From Candidatus Poribacteria bacterium (lineage in GTDB: Bacteria; Poribacteria; WGA-4E; UBA9662), in NCBI GenBank assembly GCA_036339735.1, contig JAYZAL010000070.1, positions 1 through 49,436 of the forward strand: a stretch of 49,436 nucleotides of DNA, read 5' to 3'. The position numbers and the translations under genes are program-made. Position 1 is the first letter of the stretch; every line of letters starts with the position of its first letter. Below, piece by piece: positions 10,707 through 19,109 of this stretch. A model generated the notes under the pieces. That model saw nothing but the letters and a program-made list of their open reading frames with translations, ran no database searches and was not told where the DNA came from.

Positions 10707-11214
10707 TGATAAGATCTGGAACGCAAAGACTTTTTGGTAGCGGCAACAGCAGGCCTATTGACTATTTTCAGCTGTCATACGCTGACAAAAAAGCTGATAC
10801 CCCCCGAAAGATGGGTAAAGGAAAACAAAGTGGGAAAGAACGATCCGCGGTCGTGGTAACCACATGATGTTCAATATTGCAAACATGGTAAGCAATACAG
10901 TTGGTACTTTTCGGATCGGTCTCAGCTTTATGGTTGATGCAAGCGATCAGACCTTAATTCAGGCCCGTCCAATCTACCAGGAGACAATGGAAAAGTCCAA
11001 GAAGATGGTAGCCGAAGCTATAAAAACTGAAGATTGGCAAAGTATCCGGTCTCAGATGGAGGAGGTTATGAGCAAGCATAAGTCATCAATCAAGCACCTA
11101 TTGAGCCAAGAGCAAATGTCAAAATTAGAAAAGTATGAAAAGGAGCGGCAACGTCAACGAAGACAAAATCGTAATTGGGAAGGAGACCGATGGGCCAAAA
11201 ATCGCCGCGATTAA
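10707..11214 (+). pseudogene. Probable frameshifted periplasmic helical (Spy/LTxxQ-like) protein; the intact part is ORF 10864-11214
   Basis: The 3' ORF ends LLSQEQMSKLEKYEKERQRQRR (LTxEQ-like). A signal-like segment (RKDFLVAATAGLLTIF) lies upstream in a different frame. Confidence 0.4.
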
Positions 11215-11499
11215 ATTATAATGACCTTGGGAGAATTAGGCTAAATACCTTAATTGGCCCAATGCTCTAGCCGACACTGTCAGAATGGCGGCTTTTTAAC
11301 TTAACTAAAAATTCTCTGACAAGCTTCTCAAAGCTCTAAATTGGGTTTCAATCAGGCAAATAAAAAATACTGAAAAAATGTTAGGATTTAAATAGGCACC
11401 TGTTATACATTTGAGCTTAATTTGAGGTCGAAACCCTTAATCCTAGACATTAGATGATAATTTCAGACCAGAATATTCTCAAGATCTTGATGCAACCGC

Positions 11500-11848
11500 G
11501 TGGGCGCGTTCAAACTGTAGTTTGGGTAGTGGTTCGCAACACTCAAGAATCGCTTACGTCCGAAAGTAAAAAAGAAATATGTTTATCTTTTCACCGACGA
11601 GTTTCCGAATGCTGAACCTCGACTTCATTCCCAGAATAACGGTTCAATCGTTACTAAGCTAGCTGAAGCTGAGGAAATAGAGAATCAGATTAAGTAGGCC
11701 TTAGATCAGCTATCAGTTCAGCTGAAACAGTTTTTTACGCTACTACCAACACTTACCACTTCAATAAATTGCTGAACTAATGGAAATAAAAACTGGAATA
11801 GTCAAGACTCACCTACTTAATTCGATTCGCAATTATGGTAACAATTGA
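11500..11848 (+). pseudogene. ECF sigma-70 factor remnant
   Basis: Conceptual translation across frameshifts: AFKL*F..VVVRNT..KNRLR (region 2 end), then EEIENQIK*ALDQLSVQLKQ / LRYYQHLPLQ*IAELMEIKTGIVKTHLLNSIR (region 4 HTH). Stops at 11695 and 11765. Confidence 0.75.
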
Positions 11849-11896
11849 GCGATTATATAGAAGTTTAACAAGTAATCCTGAGACAGGAGACCGTGA

Positions 11897-13510
11897 ATGA
11901 GAAAGTTCGTATTGATACTGGCAATTTATTATTCTTCTCTAACAAATTATGCTGAAAGTGAATATTGGAATCAGTTTCGTGGACCAAATGGAGACGGTAA
12001 ATCGAAAGCTCAAAACTTACCCCTCGAGTTTACAGAAAGCCAGAATGTGCGATGGAAAATACCGATTCACGGTCAAGGTTGGTCTTCACCTGTGGTCTGG
12101 GGAAAACAAATTTGGTTGACTACTGCTAGGAAAGATGGGACTGAGTTATTTGCAGTCTGCGTTGATTTGGATAGTGGTAAAATGATCCACGATATAAAAG
12201 TCTTCGATGTAGTAGAACCACAATCAGAACATCCGGGTTTGAACAGTCATGCCTCACCCACCCCAATCATTGAAAAAGGCAGAATCTATGTTCACTTTGG
12301 TACTTATGGTACTGCTTGCTTAGATACTCAGACGGGAAGGAAATTGTGGGAGCGTCGTGATTTGAACTGTGATCATCGGGTTCGGCCAGCCTCCTCACCG
12401 ATTATTGATGATGGATTAATATTCTTAGTTTATGATGGAGTTGATGTCCAGTTTATCACAGCTTTGGACAAGGAAAGTGGTCAAACCCGTTGGTTAGAAA
12501 ATCGAAAAGTGAAAAACGACTTAGCTACAGTTCTGACGACCGGTGGTCTCAAAGATGTTGAAGAAACCTTAAAAGAGAAACCGAACGATAACAGAAAATC
12601 CTATGCAACTCCTACTATTATTGAACATAATGGCCAAAAGCTGTTGATTAGCCCCGCAGCTGAAGCCACTTTTGCCTATGATCCTCAAACCGGGAAAGAG
12701 TTATGGAGAGTACGTCATCAAGGATGGGGTTGGAATGTAGCTTGTCGACCCATTTATAGTAGCGGTTTGGTGTTTTTCACCACTGGAGTAGCAAAAATAT
12801 TAGTGGCTGTTGATCCTTCTGGAAGTGGAGATGTTACCAACACTCATGTAGTTTGGAGTCATCGAAGAGGAAGTCCTGAAATACCATCGCCTATAATTAA
12901 GGATAATCTGATTTTCTTCACCAATGAAGGAGGTGTTGTGTCTTGTCTAGAAGCTAAGACAGGAAATGAAGTCTGGAAAGGGCGTATTCATGGTAACCAC
13001 TGGGCATCTCCTGTGTATGCGGATCAGAAAATTTATTTCTTCAATAAGGACGGGAAAGTTTCGGTTATTTCTGCGGGGAAAGAGTTTAAGTTATTAGCAG
13101 AAAATGAATTGAATGCCGGTTTTATCGCTTCACCAGCTGTAGTTAACGAATCAATGATCCTTCGGTCAGAAACACACTTGTATCATCTTGCCAACGGTTT
13201 CTCGCGAGTTATCCTCGAAGATGAAAACTTGCGAAGAACTAAGGGCAAACAAGCTAAAAGAATCCATAAAAAGCTAGAAAAAAAGAAGAATGATAGATCG
13301 GGAAAAGAAAATAAGAAAAAAGAAAAAAGTGCCAAGGATCTGGGCACTATTCAACTAGAAGTTGAAGGCTGGACCAACTATTTTCGTACTTCTTCCGCGC
13401 AACAAATCCGTCAGGCTATTGAGAGTGAAAAATTTCAAAATTTGGCCCCGAAAATTCAGAAGGAAATTTTAAATCAGGCCCAGAAGTTCTTATCTCAAAA
13501 AGATGAATAA
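11897..13510 (+). CDS. PQQ-like beta-propeller repeat protein (BamB-like fold) with a basic C-terminal extension
   Basis: Signal peptide, WNQFRGPNGDG, GWSSPVV, ASPTP, SYATP, WASPV repeats; aggaga RBS. Confidence 0.9.
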   Translation: MRKFVLILAIYYSSLTNYAESEYWNQFRGPNGDGKSKAQNLPLEFTESQNVRWKIPIHGQGWSSPVVWGKQIWLTTARKDGTELFAVCVDLDSGKMIHDIKVFDVVEPQSEHPGLNSHASPTPIIEKGRIYVHFGTYGTACLDTQTGRKLWERRDLNCDHRVRPASSPIIDDGLIFLVYDGVDVQFITALDKESGQTRWLENRKVKNDLATVLTTGGLKDVEETLKEKPNDNRKSYATPTIIEHNGQKLLISPAAEATFAYDPQTGKELWRVRHQGWGWNVACRPIYSSGLVFFTTGVAKILVAVDPSGSGDVTNTHVVWSHRRGSPEIPSPIIKDNLIFFTNEGGVVSCLEAKTGNEVWKGRIHGNHWASPVYADQKIYFFNKDGKVSVISAGKEFKLLAENELNAGFIASPAVVNESMILRSETHLYHLANGFSRVILEDENLRRTKGKQAKRIHKKLEKKKNDRSGKENKKKEKSAKDLGTIQLEVEGWTNYFRTSSAQQIRQAIESEKFQNLAPKIQKEILNQAQKFLSQKDE

Positions 13511-13610
13511 CTCCCAACTTTATATTTACTCAAACTTGAAATTGGGAATTATTCATCTTTTTAGTTCGAATACTATAGGACTAATGTATTAGTGAGGTTA
13601 TTGAAACTAG

Positions 13611-14603
13611 ATGCAAAGATATTTTTCTAAGTTCTTATCCAAGTTTTTCTTTTTGTCATTGATAATAATGGTACAACCAAATTTCTGTTCTGCAGAAAAT
13701 GAAACTCTTGTCGAAGTTAATGGACTCTTGAAGGTCAAAGGTAATCGCATTGTCAACCAGCATGGCAATCCTATTTCATTAGCTGGAAACAGCTTATTTT
13801 GGTCCAATGATGGCTGGGGTGGAGAACGTTATTACTCGTCTCAAGTTGTTTCTTGGCTCAAAACAGATTGGAACACCTCAATCATTCGAGCGGCCATGGG
13901 TGTAGAAGAGCCTGGTGGATACTTAAGTAATCGGGGTACCAATCAACAACGTGTTAAAACTATTATTGAATCGGCAATTGATTTAGGCATTTACGTGATA
14001 ATTGATTGGCACTCGCATCATGCCGAAGATTACACCGATGAAGCAATCGAGTTTTTCCAAGAAATGGCGATAACTTATGGTCATAGCAAAAATGTGATCT
14101 ACGAAATATACAACGAGCCGTTGGATGTCTCCTGGCCAGAAACTGTTAAGCCTTATGCCTTGAAGGTTGTTTCGGCCATCCGCTCGATTGATCCTGATAA
14201 TTTGATCATTGTCGGTAGCCCAGAATGGTCGCAGCGGGTGGATCTAGTAGCCGAAGATCCAATTACTAGCTTTGAAAATATTGCTTATTCACTTCATTTT
14301 TATACCGTTCACCATCAAAAATGGCTTCGAGATCGTGCATCAATAGCTTTGAAAAGAGGGATTGCTTTGTTTGTAACTGAATGGGGTTCAATTGGGTATC
14401 AGACAGTGGATACAGAAACAGATCTATGGATGTCATGGTGTGCGAAGAATATGATTAGCCACTGCAATTGGGCCGTAAACGATAAGAAAGAGGAATGGTC
14501 GATTTTAGTGCCCGGAGCAAGTACAAGTGGTCATTGGACGAACGATGAGCTGACAAGGTCTGGTCAATTAGCCAAAAATATCATTAAGAATTGGAAGAAA
14601 TAG
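13611..14603 (+). CDS. Glycoside hydrolase family 5 endoglucanase (GH5_2-like)
   Basis: IIRAAMGVE, IIDWHSH, YEIYNEP (acid/base), LHFY, FVTEWG (nucleophile); signal peptide. Confidence 0.92.
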   Translation: MQRYFSKFLSKFFFLSLIIMVQPNFCSAENETLVEVNGLLKVKGNRIVNQHGNPISLAGNSLFWSNDGWGGERYYSSQVVSWLKTDWNTSIIRAAMGVEEPGGYLSNRGTNQQRVKTIIESAIDLGIYVIIDWHSHHAEDYTDEAIEFFQEMAITYGHSKNVIYEIYNEPLDVSWPETVKPYALKVVSAIRSIDPDNLIIVGSPEWSQRVDLVAEDPITSFENIAYSLHFYTVHHQKWLRDRASIALKRGIALFVTEWGSIGYQTVDTETDLWMSWCAKNMISHCNWAVNDKKEEWSILVPGASTSGHWTNDELTRSGQLAKNIIKNWKK

Positions 14604-14688
14604 GTTGGCCTTCAATATTTAAAATGCTAAGCAAATGGAAAAGGTAATTTGCTTAGCATTTTTAATCAAATTCATTGAAGTCGAGATT

Positions 14689-15573
14689 ATGATTACAAGA
14701 ATGAGTCAGGTATTTGTATCTTTATTAGTATTTTCAATTGATACTCAATGCGGGAACTTGCCAGCTATCCTCCATGAAAATGAACTAAAAGTAAGCCAGG
14801 GTAAAAAATTGGGAAAAAGATCAATCTGAAATGATTTTGATTCCAAGTGGCTCGTTTGACATGGTTGATTACTTTAATGATGGTGGAAAGGATCGAGTAA
14901 CTGTCGGTTAGTTTTATCAGTTTGTCGAGTAAAGTGGATATGACTATCCAATTGATTACTGGAATTTAGTGTTTGAGATATTACCGGGAGACAGTTACCC
15001 AACGGCGTATGTAAACTGGAATGACGCTACGACTTATGCTGAATGGGCCGGGAAGCGATTGCCAACCGAAGTTGAATGGAGGTACCCTGCTCGAGGTGGA
15101 TTGATAGGCCGTTATCCATGGAGAAATGAAATATACCGACGGTGCAAGAGTATAACTTTGATGATAAGAATGCAAACTCAATTTTGAGGGTACTTCACTA
15201 AGAATTTGATTGAACTGATGTAGAATTGGATGATGGATATGGTACTGCTACCCCAGTAGGAAGTTTTTAACCGAATGTTTTTGGATTACAGGATATGGCT
15301 GGTAACGTACGGAAATGATATACGGACTATAATCGAGAAAATTATTATAATATTTTACCAGTCAAGAATCCAAAAGGGCCAGATAACGGTTCAAGAAAAG
15401 TATTCCGCAGTAAGTCTCAGTATGATACTGCAACCACGCTACATGTAGCAACTCGCCTTATCGAAAATTCTCCAACGGATAGGAAAGGTGAGTTAAGCTT
15501 TACCAGTGGTCTTGGGTTTAGATTTGTATCAAATGAAGAACAACTTACTTACTCAAACCCGAACCAAAGATAA
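14689..15573 (+). pseudogene. FGE-sulfatase (formylglycine-generating-enzyme/SUMF1 domain) pseudogene
   Basis: MILIPSGSFDM...VTVG*FYQFVE*...VNWNDATTYAEWAGKRLPTEVEWRYPARGG...YPW / PVGSF*PNVFGLQDMAGNVRK*...NPKGP...GFRFV. Stops at 14909, 14930, 15268 and 15316, plus frameshifts. Confidence 0.88.
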
Positions 15574-15597
15574 ATCGTGTATCTAACCCGTTTTTAG

Positions 15598-16310
15598 AAA
15601 AACCAAGTTCACAACTCATTTTCCGTACACTATTGAACGGAAGTAGCTCAGTTGATAATTGGTTGCGAAGCCTATGAACACACTATCTAAGTGCTACCAC
15701 AATCATGCCAACACAGGAAATACGACCTTATTCTCATTTCTACCACCCATATTATAATTTCTCACCGAAATAAATCTTTGATAGCACCTGATAAGACTCA
15801 TTTCATACGACGGTTTTGAAAAATATTTGAAAAGATAAGTCTCAAAACGTACATTCTTGGTATCTTCAATTTCTCCTTGAAGTGTATCTCATAATATGAA
15901 GCGCCTAGCTCACCAGTAGCTAGGCGCTCATCACCCCCTTTGACCATTTCTTAACCATAAACTAATCAAGCGACATTCTTTTTTTGCAACTAGATCCAGA
16001 TTGAAAAGGTATAAAATCAGCGTTGCATATTTTACTCCTTGTCTATGCAACCGGCATAACCTATTCTTATATCATGCATGCCGGGCTGGGTAGCTGTAGC
16101 ACTCATCACCTACCCAGCTTTCACATTTTATAAAAGAGTGCCTAGCCCACAACTAGGCACTTTCAATGCTTATTCTGACAAAATTAAATTATATCTCTAG
16201 TTTATTTAATTGGCTCAATTAGCCCCTCTAGCAGATCCATTAGTTCCCTGAAGCAATACTATGGTATACATACCCACTTGATAATTAGCCGGTTACAAGT
16301 AAGGGTAAAC
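15598..16310. ncRNA. Candidate large structured non-coding RNA (strand unresolved)
   Basis: No ORF >=60 aa. Eight hairpins (15601-15664, 15864-15882, 15901-15927, 16022-16051, 16051-16084, 16085-16118, 16137-16161, 16271-16307), four of them nested inside five long-range stems. Confidence 0.55.
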
Positions 16311-16595
16311 AAAGTTTAGTTTGCTGTATATATGGACTGATGGATATACTTCGCAATTACGGATCTTAGAACAAAAAAATCCATCTCACAGGGATCTGAT
16401 CATATCTATCGACGCCCGCGATATTCTACTACCTCGAGGCTGAATCTTATCTGACCAAGGAAGTCTCTTGTTTTGATGTTCAGTCGTAGAATGGGGCATT
16501 ATGTGCAATCTGGGGATAATAGTGAATTTTAACTTACTGGTAAAGTCAGTATGGCCGGCTCCTTTGAGTATTGACCACGAAAATCTTGGAGCGTA

Positions 16596-16994
16596 TTGTG
16601 GAACACCTCCTCATACAACTATCTATGTCCATCATCGTTGTGTTTGAAGCGCGAGCTTTATCATCTGAAAATACTCCGGGTATCCCTATCGCTTCGAGGG
16701 TCGATTATATTACTGGGGGATGCGATTTCTAGTGAGGAATACGCAGTAGGGAAATTCCAGTTTTTCTTTGAACAAGCGACCGGTTTTTTACTGCCAATTT
16801 TCAGCGAGACTCGAAAAGAAAATGACTGCTGTATCTTTGTAGGTATAGGCGACGCTATGAAAAGATCGCAGCTAAGATTCGACACAACTGATTTCGGTAC
16901 TGAAAACCTTCGTGTGGTTGTTGGTGAATCAGTGATTATGATTGCAGATGGTCGCACGTCTGTTGGAGAAATACTTCGCGCCGGAATGAACTGA
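16596..16994 (+). pseudogene. Possible degraded gene fragment; C-terminus weakly resembles the GspE/PilB ATPase C-terminus
   Basis: Ends IADGRTSVGEILRA, similar to the VxxGxTSxEEVLR tail. Upstream frames are interrupted. Weak evidence. Confidence 0.2.
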
Positions 16995-17180
16995 GATTGA
17001 TCTTGATAATATAATAAATTGGTGGAAAGCTTGCGTTTCTTACTAATGACGACACCATATAATTCGATTTTTATCACAGTTCCAGATGTTAAAAAGTTTG
17101 AAAAACAACAGGTTAAATTTAATTGGTATGATAATCATAATTATCAAATCAAAATTCTAATTTTTTAGGAGACCCAAGCC

Positions 17181-17980
17181 CTGAATTATATATTTATTCT
17201 TTTTTTACTTCCCTGATAATTGGTTGTGCTATTAATGGAGAAGAAGTTAATACAATTATCAAGGAACAGATTGAAACTCAACCATTATCCGAATTTAACA
17301 CTAGTATATTGAGATGGCAAACCAATAAGTTGAGTCACTACCAATTTGATTTTAGGTGGATTTGCTTTTGTCCGCCTGATTATATTTCGCCTGTTACTAT
17401 CACGGTGGAAGATAGTGTAATCAGCCATGTCATGTATAGTGAAACACAAATTCAGGTTCAGGAAGATAAACTGAGTCGCTATAAAACAATTGATGATTTG
17501 TTCAGTTTCGTCCAAGATGCCTACAGCCAAAATGCTCATCAGATTTCCATAGACTACGATCCCCACCTTGGGTACCCAATTAGGGGGTCGGTGGATTACG
17601 TAAAAATGATAGCAGACGAAGAAAAAGGCTTCGAGATTAAGAATTTCATGGAGTTGAAATCTAACGAAGATGGGGCTTCGCTAATAAAAAGATTACCGAT
17701 AAATGAGATGTCATTACAAATTAAAGAGAATTTCCCACCTTTGATTAATATTAGAGTAGAGGGGTACTTGCCCGATAGCCGTACATCGTTTCATCGGGTT
17801 AGGCAGCAGCGAGAAGGTAATTTGGTAGTTGTTGAACTAACCACAAGACGTCCTAGAAATGAGTTTTGTGCTGAAGTGATTACAGAAATATCAAAAAGCA
17901 TTCAGCTGAAAGGTAATTTTGCCATAGGCCAAGATTATACATTGATTATTAATGATAAAGAAACGAATTTTAGTCTTTAG
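17181..17980 (+). CDS. DUF6174-like lipoprotein with a second beta-rich domain; 5' end frameshifted in a T7 tract
   Basis: RWQTNKLSHYQFDFRWICFCP...TIDDLF...YDPHLGYP...IADEE. The main frame is open upstream of 17309 through SLIIGCA (lipobox), but the RBS (aggaga 17167) plus CTG 17181 is out of frame. Confidence 0.65.
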
Positions 17981-18370
17981 TTGAAGTTCATCTCGTTTAT
18001 CAGTCTCGAATGTTTTGATAGAAACGGGACTGAGTAGTTATTACTAGGTTCAACGACGAAGATAGTAGTATCGGAAGTGTTTAAGCTTAAAAATACTAAT
18101 GTTCAGGTGTAGTCTATTGTAGTTGATGATAGCTGGAGCCAATTGTAATCGTAGAATATTGACGATTATGGGAAGTTTATATTATCTGAATATGCAGTCA
18201 TTGAGTTTGATACCAAAATAAAAAGAATCAGATTGGAAACAATATTTCATCTTCAATTTTGAATTCTGAGAGTAAATATGAAGAGCCAGAAAAGCTACCA
18301 AATTTCCATCCATAATATATAACAAAACCGATTTACCCAATCGGCTCTACACCTCTCATAAGAGTGATAA

Positions 18371-18937
18371 ATGTACTTTTGGACTTTACATACCCTTCTT
18401 AACAATGTCTGGGATGAAGAAACGATTCTGATAAGGATAAACCGTTTCGAGAAACAGTGTGCCCCGGTGGTTTCGGCTGATCCTTGGTGTGCGACGGCCA
18501 GGAATTGGGAAGATGATCCGGCAGATTTTGCTACGGTTCTCAATCGGCTGCGTCATTTTGTAGAGTCTCGGCGGTCTAAGATCCAAGATATCGTAAACGA
18601 TTATGCAAATGAAGAAAATCTTTTAGCCACGAATCAAAAACAGGATAAATTCAGTAAATCTACTGCGAATTACAAAAAAATCGTATTGATGAAATAGGAG
18701 GAAAAAGCAGTATTCAGCAAGAAATTGAAGGTTGGATCAACTGTTTTCGTATCGCTTCTGAGCAAAAAATAGATAAAGCTATTCAATTCCGAAAGTTACA
18801 GATTCTATCCTCAGAAATTAAAGAAGGAAAGTTGAATCGAGCAGAGGAATTAAAATTAAATTTGGTAACTGAAAGAGATAAAAAAATATTCAGCGAAATA
18901 ACTAGTATCATTCACATCTGTTTCTTTTCTTTTTAGT
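18371..18937 (+). pseudogene. Frameshifted gene remnant; first part resembles a CotH-kinase C-terminal helical region
   Basis: YFWTLHTLLNNVWDEETILIRINRFEKQCAPVVSADP...FATVLNRLRHFVESRR resembles CotH C-termini. Coding-like sequence continues in another frame (QKNRIDEIGG...FFSF*). Confidence 0.35.
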
Positions 18938-19109
18938 GAAAAGTTAATGACTATAAATTCCCATACCACTAAATAGATAGCGCAGTGCAGTTGATTAATA
19001 ATTACTTTTTAGACGGTTAGTTAATCACTAAATAAGGGGAATAAAAATAGATTAGATTTTTGGTAAAGAATTAGATTAACAACGAAACTCTGACTTCCCT
19101 CAATTAGTT

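Noticed and set aside
15638-15654. cggaagtagctcagttg resembles a tRNA 5' end
   Set aside because: No anticodon arm, T-loop (GTTC) or acceptor 3' strand follows; the segment instead pairs within the 15601-15664 hairpin.
15900-16165. Hairpin series as a CRISPR array or REP/MITE cluster
   Set aside because: Stems differ in sequence (only gcctag/ctaggc is shared by two), spacing is irregular, and there are no cas or transposase genes.
16661-17077. 138-aa minus-strand ORF
   Set aside because: Ser/Pro/Thr-rich antisense-like composition, no motif, and it overlaps a plus-strand fragment.
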